Shown here piece by piece: positions 9,305 to 18,775 of a stretch of DNA of 64,000 bases (positions are counted from its first letter, which is position 1; each line of letters starts with the position of its first letter). The stretch is from positions 217 through 64,216 of the forward strand of contig CAWBQN010000026.1 in NCBI GenBank assembly GCA_963791065.1, given 5' to 3'. The notes beneath the pieces were generated by a model that saw only the letters and a list, made by a program, of their open reading frames with translations, did not search any database and was not told where the DNA came from. The DNA comes from an uncultured Bacteroidales bacterium (lineage in GTDB: Bacteria; Bacteroidota; Bacteroidia; Bacteroidales; VadinHA17). Position numbers and translations under genes: made by a program.

Positions 9305-10999
9305 ATGAAGATTGCTTTAAATGAAAAAGATATCCGGGTTCTGAAAATTGTCAGTCAGATTGCAGGAGGATTTGCGCTTATCGTTGCTCTGACCATGATC
9401 TTCGCTCTGATCCAGTTAAAAACTGTGAATCCATTGGATAATCCGGTTTTGCTTTCGGTGAAGGAGCAGTATGACAAGGATCCGTCAGATGCTGCAAAAG
9501 CAGCACAGGTCAGAGCCATGGATCTGATGGCCCGGAAAGCCTATTTCAGTTCAAGGTGGCAGGTTGAAGCCGGTTCATACCTTCTGATTGCAGGAGTTAT
9601 TGTATTCATAATATGTCAGAGGCTTATTACAGAAAATGAGAAACTCAATCCGGTGCTCACTGATTCAAAACCCAGCTCCATATTGAATCGCGAGAGGAAC
9701 AGAAAATATCTCATTTCTTCAGTCACTGTGGTTTTTATATTAGCTGTGGCAGCATCTTTTTTTCTCCGGGCGGATCTTCCCGATATATCGGGCAATTCTT
9801 CACGAACAGCTAAGAGTGAAGTTGGAGGAGACAACAAAGCTTCTAAACCTGATAAAACAAACTGGCCATTTTTCCGTGGACAGGATAGTCGTGGTATTGC
9901 AGGCGGCTCAGGTTATCCGACCGAATGGAATGGAGAATCGGGAAAAAATATTGAATGGAAACTGGAGGTGCCAGGGAAAGGGAAGAGTTCTCCTGTTATC
10001 TGGGGTGATAGGATTTTTATTACAGGTGTGAAGGATAAAGTTTGTGAAATATATTGCATCGATAAGAATAGTGGAAAAATTTTGTGGACTGGCTCTGCGT
10101 CCAATGTTCCTGGAGAACCTGCTGTACCACCAAAGACAGATGCCGAAGCTGGTCTGGCTGTATCAACAGCAGCTTCAAATGGCAAAGTTGTGTGTGCTGT
10201 TTTTGCAAATGGCAACCTGGCCTGCTTTGATTTGGATGGAAAACAGATCTGGGCAAAAAATATAGGGGTACCTGAAACCAGTTACGGTTACTCATCATCA
10301 CTGCTCATATATAAAGATATTCTGATCGTCCAATTCGATAGCAATTCCAAAATATCACTTAATGGATTTGACCTCGGAACCGGTGATCAGAAATGGGAAA
10401 CTCCCCGGCAGGGACGTGCAGTATGGTCATCCCCGGTACTCGGGTATTTTAACGGAAAAACTCAGGTAATAATAAACGGTAATCCTTTCGTCAGTGGTTA
10501 TGATCCGGTAACAGGAACCGAACTCTGGGAAATAGAATGTATGAGCGGTGATGTTGCGCCATCAGTAGCAGTTAATAGTACCCTTGCATATGCTGTAACT
10601 GATTATGCAAAGCTGGCAGCAATTAAACCCGGTAACGGAGTCTCGATTGCCTGGGAAGACAATACATATACTCCTGATGTTTCGAGCCCTGTTGCTACAG
10701 ATAAGTTCTTATTCTTATCTACAGGAAATGGAGACGTTGCCTGCTACAATGCATTGAAAGGAGATACAGTATGGACTCATTATTTCCAGGATCCATTCTA
10801 TGCCTCACCAATAATAGCAGATGAAATGGTTTACCTGCTTGACAGAGCTGGTATCATGCATATAGTCAAAGCAGAAGATAAATTCACTCATATCGGTGAT
10901 TCTCCTCTTGGTGAGAGCGCCGATTGCTCTCCTGCCTTTTCTGACAAGAAAATTTATATCAGGGGAACGAAAAACCTCTATTGTATTTCGAAGAATTGA
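9305..10999 (+). CDS. PQQ-binding-like beta-propeller with three N-terminal TM helices
   Basis: Three hydrophobic segments in the first ~155 aa, then NWPFFRG, GKSSPVIWGDRIF, WSSPV, FYASPII, SPAFSDKKIYIRG. Confidence 0.85.
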   Translation: MKIALNEKDIRVLKIVSQIAGGFALIVALTMIFALIQLKTVNPLDNPVLLSVKEQYDKDPSDAAKAAQVRAMDLMARKAYFSSRWQVEAGSYLLIAGVIVFIICQRLITENEKLNPVLTDSKPSSILNRERNRKYLISSVTVVFILAVAASFFLRADLPDISGNSSRTAKSEVGGDNKASKPDKTNWPFFRGQDSRGIAGGSGYPTEWNGESGKNIEWKLEVPGKGKSSPVIWGDRIFITGVKDKVCEIYCIDKNSGKILWTGSASNVPGEPAVPPKTDAEAGLAVSTAASNGKVVCAVFANGNLACFDLDGKQIWAKNIGVPETSYGYSSSLLIYKDILIVQFDSNSKISLNGFDLGTGDQKWETPRQGRAVWSSPVLGYFNGKTQVIINGNPFVSGYDPVTGTELWEIECMSGDVAPSVAVNSTLAYAVTDYAKLAAIKPGNGVSIAWEDNTYTPDVSSPVATDKFLFLSTGNGDVACYNALKGDTVWTHYFQDPFYASPIIADEMVYLLDRAGIMHIVKAEDKFTHIGDSPLGESADCSPAFSDKKIYIRGTKNLYCISKN

Positions 11000-13404
11000 A
11001 AACAGATAAATCAAACATATTGTCCAGCGCCTGTGAATGCGAAAAGAATCCGCAGGTAGATATATCTAAAGTAATAGATGAGGTTCTGGCTATTACGGGC
11101 AGTGAATCTGAGAATGTTATATTGATACTCCAGGAGGTTCAGAAAAGGCTTAACTGGCTGCCCTCAGAGGCTCTTAAATATATATGTAAAGTAACTGATA
11201 TCACACCCGAACAAATATCGGGAGTTTCAACATTTTATACCCAGTTCCGTCATCTCCCTGTTGGCGAGCATACAATCAAAATATGCGCAGGAACAGCATG
11301 TCATGTAAAAGGCAGTCCGTTGATATCCGATGCGTTTAAAAGAGTTCTGAAAATTGATGATTCAAAAAATGCTTCTCCTGATAATCTTTTTTCAATTGAG
11401 GAGGTAGCTTGTTTGGGCTGCTGCACACTGGCTCCGGTTGTTCAGATTGACGGCAAGACATATGGTCATGTGAAAACAACACAAGTTGATGAAATAATTT
11501 ATGATTTTCTGCATCAGGGTAAAATGAGTACCATGATTCAGGAACAAGAAGCCAGCCAGGAAGCAGATGCTGAGATCAGGGTAGGAATCGGTTCATGCTG
11601 TGTTGCCGGAGGAAGTAAGGAAATCGTGTCTGAAATTTTTGAAATTAAACAAAGATATAATCTCAATATCAGATTAAAACAGGTCGGATGTGTCGGCGTT
11701 TGCAACCAGACTCCTTTAATGGAGATTGTTACAAAAGATGAGATCCATTCCAGGTATACAAAAGTGTCTAAAGCAAGGGTGGAAGAGATTCTTCTGAAAC
11801 ATGTTAAGCCCAGGAAATTGAATAAAATGATCAGGTACAAAATAAATGACCTGGTCGATACATTTCTATCTGAAGACAAGCTTACCGGGCAGGTGAATCT
11901 GCCTGTTGAACAAAGAGAGAAATATCTTGATAACTTCCTGAACCACCAGGTTCATCTTGCCACTAAAAACAATGGTATGCTTTCTCCGGAATCCTACAAT
12001 GAATATTGTTTGTCAGGGGGTTATGATGCATTAAAAAAATGTCTTAAGGACTCTGATCGGGGATCGATAATTAAAATTATAACAGAGAGCGGCCTTCGGG
12101 GTCGCGGAGGGGCAGGCTTTCCGACAGGTAAAAAATGGGATATTTCAGCAAATTCAAACGGTGACACAAAATATGTAGTTTGTAACGGTGACGAAGGTGA
12201 TCCCGGGGCGTTCATGGACAGAATGCTTCTTGAATCATTTCCTTACCGCGTTATAGAAGGAATGGTCATTGCAGGTTATGCGACAGGAGCCGGCGAAGGG
12301 ATATTTTATATCAGGGCAGAGTATCCGTTAGCTGTAACGAGGGTAAGGATAGCACTGAAAGCTTGTTATGAAAACGGAATTCTCGGAAAAAATATTTTTG
12401 GCACTTCATTTTCGTTTGACATTAATATTTTTGAGGGTGCCGGTGCTTTTGTTTGCGGAGAGGAAACCGCGCTGATCGCTTCTCTTGAAGGTAAGCGTGG
12501 AACCCCGCATATCAGGCCTCCCTACCCTGCCGTAAAAGGATATAAGAACAAACCTACGCTCGTTAATAATGTTGAGACCCTTTCACTTGTTCCATGGATA
12601 ATCAATAATGGTGCAGCTCCATTTGCATCAATAGGAACTGAAAAAAGCAAGGGGACAAAAGTATTTGCTCTTGCAGGGAAAATTTCAAAAGGTGGTCTGA
12701 TCGAAGTGCCCATGGGAACAACAATCCGGCAAATAGTTGAGAATATCGGAGACGGTGTTGCTGATGGTAAAACTTTTAAAGCCATTCAGATCGGTGGTCC
12801 CTCAGGTGGTTGTATTCCTGCAAGTCTTGCGGATATTGCAATTGACTATGAAGAACTTACAAGGATGGGTGCAATGATGGGCTCAGGTGGAATGGTAGTA
12901 CTTGACAACACTGACTGTATGGTCGATATGGCAAAATACTTCCTTACTTTTACTCATAAACAGTCGTGCGGGAAATGTACCTTTTGCAGAATTGGTACAA
13001 AACAGATGCTCAATATTATTAGTTCATTGTCAGAGGGTAATGCCACTTTAGATGATATTGATGAGCTTGAGAGACTATGCAAATTCGTTAAGGAAGGCAG
13101 CTTATGCGGCCTTGGAAAAACATCCCCCAATCCGGTACTTACAGGTTTGAAATATTTCAGGGAGGAATATGAGGAACATACAAAAGGGATCTGCAGGGCA
13201 AACAAATGCCAGGCTCTCATCAAATATCAAATAAATGATGATTGTACAGGCTGCACAAAATGTTCGCAGGATTGTCCTGTAAAAGCAATTCCGTTTAAAC
13301 CTTATGAAAAACATGAGATAGATCAGCTAATATGCACTAAATGTGATAACTGTAGAACTGTTTGTCCTGAAAAGGCTATTGAAATAGTAAATATTAATGC
13401 TTAG
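10996..13404 (+). CDS. NuoE-NuoF (HydC-HydB-like) fusion: FMN/NAD(H)-binding Fe-S flavoprotein
   Basis: NuoE motifs CAGTACHVKG and ACLGCCTLAP; second thioredoxin-like 2Fe-2S domain (GSCC..GCVGVC); GLRGRGGAGFPTG, CNGDEGDPGAFMDR, GAGAFVCGEETAL; SCGKCTFCR..SLCGLG; C-terminal 2x[4Fe-4S]. TTG at 10996 overlaps the upstream TGA (track start 10981). Confidence 0.92.
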   Translation: MKTDKSNILSSACECEKNPQVDISKVIDEVLAITGSESENVILILQEVQKRLNWLPSEALKYICKVTDITPEQISGVSTFYTQFRHLPVGEHTIKICAGTACHVKGSPLISDAFKRVLKIDDSKNASPDNLFSIEEVACLGCCTLAPVVQIDGKTYGHVKTTQVDEIIYDFLHQGKMSTMIQEQEASQEADAEIRVGIGSCCVAGGSKEIVSEIFEIKQRYNLNIRLKQVGCVGVCNQTPLMEIVTKDEIHSRYTKVSKARVEEILLKHVKPRKLNKMIRYKINDLVDTFLSEDKLTGQVNLPVEQREKYLDNFLNHQVHLATKNNGMLSPESYNEYCLSGGYDALKKCLKDSDRGSIIKIITESGLRGRGGAGFPTGKKWDISANSNGDTKYVVCNGDEGDPGAFMDRMLLESFPYRVIEGMVIAGYATGAGEGIFYIRAEYPLAVTRVRIALKACYENGILGKNIFGTSFSFDINIFEGAGAFVCGEETALIASLEGKRGTPHIRPPYPAVKGYKNKPTLVNNVETLSLVPWIINNGAAPFASIGTEKSKGTKVFALAGKISKGGLIEVPMGTTIRQIVENIGDGVADGKTFKAIQIGGPSGGCIPASLADIAIDYEELTRMGAMMGSGGMVVLDNTDCMVDMAKYFLTFTHKQSCGKCTFCRIGTKQMLNIISSLSEGNATLDDIDELERLCKFVKEGSLCGLGKTSPNPVLTGLKYFREEYEEHTKGICRANKCQALIKYQINDDCTGCTKCSQDCPVKAIPFKPYEKHEIDQLICTKCDNCRTVCPEKAIEIVNINA

Positions 13405-14470
13405 AATTAAAATAGACAATATTGATTTTGAAGCCGCTGAAGGTTTAACCATCATGGATGTTGCCAGAGATGCCGGAATACATATTCCTTCCCTGTGCTT
13501 TTCAGACAGATTACCACACTATTCTTCATGTATGGTTTGCATGGTAAAAGATAAAAGAACAGGCAATTTTTTACCCTCATGTTCTGCGTTGGTACAGGAT
13601 GGCATGGACATTGAATCTACCTCTGAAGATGTAATAACCATAAGAAAAAAATCAGTGGAACTTCTATTGTCTGAGCATCGGGCCGAATGTGAGGCACAAT
13701 GTAAAGTTGTTTGTCCGGAAGGATATGATATTCCTTTGATGAACAGGTTTTTAAGTGCTGATGATTTGGATGGTGCCGTCAATCTTTCTATAAGTCAGAC
13801 AAAATTTTCAGTATTAAAATGCTTTGATTGCAAGGGATATTGTGAGAATGCCTGCCGGAGAAAAAAAGTTGATACTCCTGTATCAATCCGTAATATGCAA
13901 ATGTTTGTCTACGGACAAATCAATAAGGACGATGCATCGCCTGCCCATGAGCTTCCACCGCAAAAAGCACTAAAACGCTTTTCGTCACGTATTGGCACAA
14001 TTGAGCAATATGAACTGAAAGAATGGCTTAAAGAATGCAAAAATGACCTTAGTCGTTTCAGGGAGATTACAAATTTTGAATCTGCAGCCCGGGAGTCTGA
14101 GAGTTGCATGCATTGTGATTGCCGCGCTGGTGTGGATTGTAAACTGCGACTCATGGCCGATGAATTAGCTGTCAAAGATCCGAAAAGGAAACTGATTAAT
14201 GCTCCTATTCAAAAGAAGATTAATATTAAAACAGGACTTATCTTTGAGAACGCAAAATGCATTAAATGCGGTCTTTGTGTGAGACTCTGTGAGGAATTAA
14301 AGGAAGAACCGGCACTTTGCTTTATAAACCGGGGATTTGTCAGTATAATCTCAGAGCCTCTTACTGAGGACTTTGAAAATATACTGAGGACCAGAAGTAT
14401 AGAGGTTGTTGAGATATGCCCGACAGGTGCTTTAAGTTTGCGAACACCGACTGCTAGCGCGGATTTATAA
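13397..14470 (+). CDS. Fe-S protein: NuoG/HydA-like 2Fe-2S domain + GltD-like Fe-S domain + ferredoxin domain, no FAD domain or H-cluster
   Basis: IPSLC..SSCMVC..LPSC; HRAECEAQCKVVCP; CENACRRKKVDTPVSIR; ESESCMHCDCRAGVDCKL; CIKCGLCVRLC..CPTGAL. No GxGxxG motif. Confidence 0.8.
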   Translation: MLRIKIDNIDFEAAEGLTIMDVARDAGIHIPSLCFSDRLPHYSSCMVCMVKDKRTGNFLPSCSALVQDGMDIESTSEDVITIRKKSVELLLSEHRAECEAQCKVVCPEGYDIPLMNRFLSADDLDGAVNLSISQTKFSVLKCFDCKGYCENACRRKKVDTPVSIRNMQMFVYGQINKDDASPAHELPPQKALKRFSSRIGTIEQYELKEWLKECKNDLSRFREITNFESAARESESCMHCDCRAGVDCKLRLMADELAVKDPKRKLINAPIQKKINIKTGLIFENAKCIKCGLCVRLCEELKEEPALCFINRGFVSIISEPLTEDFENILRTRSIEVVEICPTGALSLRTPTASADL

Positions 14471-15597
14471 TGAAGAAAATGCAAAAAAAATATATTTCGA
14501 CAATCATCTTTTCCATAGTTTGTTATTTATCAGCATTTGCCCAAACTGTAAGCAACGACTGGCCATTATTCAGAGGAAAGGCAGATCTGGCAGGAAAGAC
14601 AGAATCGGCATTTCCTCTGTCACCCAGGCTTCTGTGGAGCATCAAAACAGGTGCAACGACGAAATCTTCGCCGGTGATTAGTGAAGGAACCGTCTATTTT
14701 GGAAATGATAAAGGGTCTCTTATAGCGGTCAGCTCCGACGGAAAGATAAAATGGAAATATGAAGCAGGAAGTTCAATTGATGCCGCACCAATGGTATTTG
14801 GAAATAAGGTGGTATTTGGAAACAGCGATGGAATCCTCAGAGCAATTGACAAATTTTCCGGCAACGCAATATGGTCATATACTACTGATAATCAGATTGC
14901 CGGCTCCGCTAATGTATGGACTGAAGGCAACAGGTCAGGAATTGTAACAGGAAGCTATGATTATTACCTTCATTGTGTAGATCCTCACACAGGCAAATCT
15001 CTCTGGAAGGTAGAGACTGAAAACTATATTAACGGGACCCCTGCAATACTGAACGGGAAAATAGTGTTCGGAGGTTGTGACGGGATGTTAAGAGTTGTGG
15101 ATCCTCTGACAGGTAAGGAAAATGATACCATTAATATAGGTGTATATATTGCCTCCTCTCCCGCCCTTTCGGGCAATCTGGCGTATTTCGGGGATTATGA
15201 CGGTACAATATATTGTGTTAACATCAAGACCAGGAAGATCATCTGGAAGATTCAGGGAACCGGAGAAGGAGGCTCGATAATGTCAATTCCGGCAATCGGA
15301 AATAATTCTGTTGTAATAGGCAGTGAGGATAGGTATCTTTATTGTTATAACTCTGCCGATGGTAAGTTGTTATGGAAATTTCGGACAAACGGAAGAATAG
15401 TAAGTTCTGTTGTAATATCATCAACGCAGGTTCTCTTTACAGGAATGGATGGATTCATCTATATACTAAGGCTGTCCGACGGGAAAAAGCTTTGGAGCTT
15501 CAACGCAGGTACCCCTGTAAGCAGCTCTCCGGCGGTGGTTGACGGGAAGTTTTATATTCTGACAGAAGATGGCAGATTAATGGCATTTGGGAGTTAA
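14470..15597 (+). CDS. Secreted PQQ-binding-like (BamB-like) beta-propeller protein
   Basis: Signal AFA|QT, DWPLFRG, very regular SSPxxxxGxVYFGxxDGxxxAxxxxxGKxxW blades. Confidence 0.9.
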   Translation: MKKMQKKYISTIIFSIVCYLSAFAQTVSNDWPLFRGKADLAGKTESAFPLSPRLLWSIKTGATTKSSPVISEGTVYFGNDKGSLIAVSSDGKIKWKYEAGSSIDAAPMVFGNKVVFGNSDGILRAIDKFSGNAIWSYTTDNQIAGSANVWTEGNRSGIVTGSYDYYLHCVDPHTGKSLWKVETENYINGTPAILNGKIVFGGCDGMLRVVDPLTGKENDTINIGVYIASSPALSGNLAYFGDYDGTIYCVNIKTRKIIWKIQGTGEGGSIMSIPAIGNNSVVIGSEDRYLYCYNSADGKLLWKFRTNGRIVSSVVISSTQVLFTGMDGFIYILRLSDGKKLWSFNAGTPVSSSPAVVDGKFYILTEDGRLMAFGS

Positions 15598-15614
15598 ATT
15601 CTCTTTGGCCTCTC

Positions 15615-16634
15615 ATACCTCATCTGTGCCATGATTATATTCCAATTAACTATCATCATGAGTAACTTGAAGTGTAACAGACATAGCCATCGTTGGTACT
15701 TCATTTTGCGAATATGATGTATGCCAAATACTGATTTCCATATCTTGAAGATCAACTCGATTTGCCAGCGCATCCTGTAAAGAGAAGATATAACCTCATC
15801 CGGTAACACCTCTTTGGTCACATTGGTAATGAAGAGATTGAACCGGGCTAGAAACTTATATTCTTCACTGGTTTTATAACCTTTTTTCTTATGTAGTTTG
15901 TGGATTTTTCTCATACTCTCCTCATAGATATCATCAGGCATAAGTTCTATTACCAACCGAACAGGTATCTTTTCTTCGGAATCCAATAAATACATCCTTG
16001 TAGATCCTCGATAGCTTGCCTCTCTTCATCTGATTATAGACAGCTTTAAAATCAAGTTTTTTATAGGTCCCCACAACTCATCTCAAAAACATTTGTTTTG
16101 GCTCCTAGCCTGGAGATAAAGAAGGCTTCCTTTTTTAAGATATTGATAAAAGAATTGAAAGCATAATACCCAAGATCCCTTATGACCAGATCGCCTTTTT
16201 TGACATTGTCCAAGAGCTCCAAAGCATCTTTGACATCTGGTCTGTTGGAAGCTGTAATATCTAGATCTGTGACATGGCCACTTTTTAAATCAAACTCAAA
16301 TTGCAGACATGCTCCTGCAGCTAGAACCACTACCCCCAGAACCAGGAAAATAATCTTTGTATTCTTCCGGAAGGTTAAACCGCGTTCCGTCCTTAATAGT
16401 AACCCTCTTAAATGAACTAAGCCATCCCGCATCAATCTGATGATCTAATTCTACCGACAGTTGCTTTTCAATCAAACTCTTTAAGAACCCAAGAGTATGC
16501 TCATTAAATTTTTTGTCGATCCCTTGTTTAGTAACCCCAATATCATGTTCTGACCTTGCTTCAATGGAAAGCTGGTTCAGGCTTTTGGAGTTGCCTGAAC
16601 TCATGTCATACATCAATAAATCAAAGAACACTGC
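15615..16634 (-). pseudogene. Degraded IS4-family transposase fragment (several frameshifts, both ends missing)
   Basis: Pieces in three ORFs: IKDGTRF (first Asp), IRDLGYY (second Asp) and YRMRWQIELIFKIWK (IS4 Y-x2-R-x3-E-x6-K signature). Confidence 0.85.
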
Positions 16635-16716
16635 CCCCTGCCCCCTTCTCCCAGGTGAGAAGGGGGAACAAGGGAATCCCCCCTGGGTAGAGGGATTTAG
16701 GGAGAGGCAAAGAGAA
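16635..16716. repeat. GC-rich REP-like hairpin repeat
   Basis: CCCCCTTCTC-CCAGGT-GAGAAGGGGG hairpin followed by CCCCCCTGGGTAGAGGGATTTAGGGAGAGGC. A related degenerate motif occurs near 28375-28410. Confidence 0.55.
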
Positions 16717-16743
16717 GAGGTCCTCAGAGGAATATTAAATAAC

Positions 16744-18048
16744 ATGAAAATAGTCTATCTCATCACAGGTTCGGGAGGTTCATTTTATTGCGGCAATTGT
16801 TATCGTGATATGATCTACCTCAGGGCTATCCGAAAGGTCCCGGGGATTAGCGCTTCCGCTATACCATTGTATCTTCCTCCTGATGGTCCGGATAACGAAA
16901 CAGGCATGGATAAAAATGTCTTTTTCGGTGCGATATCGATGTATCTGAGAGAAAAAGTCCCGTTCCTCAAAAATATGCCGGTATTTCTGGAGAAAATGTT
17001 TGATTCCGCACCAATGCTTAAGATGGCCTCTCAGAGAGCCGGTACAACCAGGACAGAGGGTCTTGAAGAAATGACTCTTAATATGATAAAAGGCGAAAAT
17101 GCATTTCCTGAAAAGGAACTGAATCGGCTGGTGGATTATCTGACAAAAGACGGAAAACCTGATATCATTCATCTCTCTAATGCCCTTATAATCGGCCTGG
17201 CACGACAGATCAAGAAGAAGCTTGATGTAAAAATTGTTTGCTCTCTTCTTAATGAAGACGACTGGATAGACGAAATGGCAGAACCTTACCAGTCGGGAGC
17301 ATGGAATCTGATATCTATTGAAGCATCGAATGTTGATGCGTTCCTTACCCCCAGTAATTATTATAAAGAGCTGTTCATTTCAAAAACAGGAATTTCCGGA
17401 GCCAATTTTCACGTTATCCCACTTGGATTTGATCCGGCTGGTCAGATAAATTCTGAAAAGAGAGATAATTATCCCTCTGTAGGATATTTCTGCAGAATAA
17501 GCTCTCAGAACGGTTTTGACAAGCTTGTAGATGCTTTTATTGAGATGAAAACAGCTGATTATCTCCCGGGACTGACCCTTCACGTTTCTGGCGGGTACAC
17601 TGGTGATGATAAACCTTTTATTGCTCAGCAGATAAAGAAAATAAAATCAAGTGGCCTGAAATCTTTTGTAAGAATATATCCGGAATTTCATGGTAACAGC
17701 AAACAGGAGTTTTTCAGGAATATAGATGTGATGAGTGTGCCAGTCAGAAAGCATGATGGTTACGGTTTATACATCCTTGAAGCAAATGCTGCAGGAGTAC
17801 CGGTTGTCCAGCCTGCTACAGGAGCATTTCCGGAAATCATTTCAAGGACCTCGGGAGGATTAACTTATTCACCTGATACCGTATCGGAACTTTCAGCAAA
17901 CCTGCTGAAAATACTGAAAGATAATGAATTACGTATTCAGCTGGGAAAACAGGGAAAAAATAAGGTTCTTTCTGAACTATCACTTGAGAAAATGTCAGAA
18001 AGCTTATCCAAAGTTTATAATTCTTTACCACAAAGGAACACGAAGTAA
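16744..18048 (+). CDS. Glycosyltransferase family 4 (GT-B) with N-terminal CxxC
   Basis: True start is ATG 16744: MKIVYLITGSGGSFYCGNCYRD; PDIIHLSNAL; DGYGLYILEANAAGVPVVQPATGAFPE. The track's upstream extension runs through the IS remnant and repeat. Confidence 0.88.
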   Translation: MKIVYLITGSGGSFYCGNCYRDMIYLRAIRKVPGISASAIPLYLPPDGPDNETGMDKNVFFGAISMYLREKVPFLKNMPVFLEKMFDSAPMLKMASQRAGTTRTEGLEEMTLNMIKGENAFPEKELNRLVDYLTKDGKPDIIHLSNALIIGLARQIKKKLDVKIVCSLLNEDDWIDEMAEPYQSGAWNLISIEASNVDAFLTPSNYYKELFISKTGISGANFHVIPLGFDPAGQINSEKRDNYPSVGYFCRISSQNGFDKLVDAFIEMKTADYLPGLTLHVSGGYTGDDKPFIAQQIKKIKSSGLKSFVRIYPEFHGNSKQEFFRNIDVMSVPVRKHDGYGLYILEANAAGVPVVQPATGAFPEIISRTSGGLTYSPDTVSELSANLLKILKDNELRIQLGKQGKNKVLSELSLEKMSESLSKVYNSLPQRNTK

Positions 18049-18082
18049 ACGTAACAGAGTGACATACATATACCAAAAGTAA

Positions 18083-18757
18083 ATGCTCTCAATTAAAAAT
18101 ATTTCGAAATCCTTTATTCAGCGCGGTTTAGTTCTCGATAATCTTTGCCTTGAGGTGGCCGAGGGAGAGACTATTGCCATAATGGGTCCATCGGGTTCGG
18201 GGAAAACAACCCTTATGAATATCATAGGGTTGCTTGATAAGCCCGATTCAGGTGAAATATCCTTCAGAGGTGCAGCAATAGCGGGATTTTCAGAGGATGA
18301 ATCGGCGGATTACAGGAACAAAAATATTGGTTTTGTATTTCAGGACCATCATCTTCTGCCATATCTTACCGTTTCGGAAAATATATACCTCCCGCTTCTG
18401 GCTTCAAAGCATTCAAAGGAAGACCTTTCTGCCAGTCAGGACTATTTGGAGGAACTGATGGAAAAGACCGGCATTTCTGATCTGAAAGACAAATATCCCT
18501 TCAGGATATCAGGCGGAGAATCTCAAAGGGTTGCGCTTGTCAGGGCACTGGCAAACAAACCTTCAATCATTCTTGCAGATGAACCAACAGGTTCGCTTGA
18601 TGCAAGAAATGCGGAAAATTTGGGCGAGCTCCTTATACGAACGAGTGTAGATTTTGGCAAAACAATCATTCTCGCCACTCATTCAATCAACCTTGCTAAA
18701 AAGATGTCAAAAATATTGTACCTGAAGGAAGGTATCCTTAAAGTCTCAACAGAATAG
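18083..18757 (+). CDS. ABC transporter ATP-binding protein (LolD/MacB-like)
   Basis: Walker A GPSGSGKTT, GFVFQDHHLL, ISGGESQRVALVRAL, ILADEPTGSLD, ATHS. Confidence 0.95.
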   Translation: MLSIKNISKSFIQRGLVLDNLCLEVAEGETIAIMGPSGSGKTTLMNIIGLLDKPDSGEISFRGAAIAGFSEDESADYRNKNIGFVFQDHHLLPYLTVSENIYLPLLASKHSKEDLSASQDYLEELMEKTGISDLKDKYPFRISGGESQRVALVRALANKPSIILADEPTGSLDARNAENLGELLIRTSVDFGKTIILATHSINLAKKMSKILYLKEGILKVSTE

Positions 18758-18775
18758 CAGAATAGAATTACTATC

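Noticed and set aside
10996-14470. Respiratory complex I (nuoEFG) or an [FeFe]-hydrogenase
   Set aside because: No other nuo subunits, no H-cluster motifs and no NuoG C-terminal domain; only the diaphorase/Fe-S modules are present.
16513-16743. 77-aa N-terminal extension of the GT4 ORF given in the track
   Set aside because: It is read-through of the antisense IS remnant and GC-rich repeat; the family-type start is MKIVYL at 16744.
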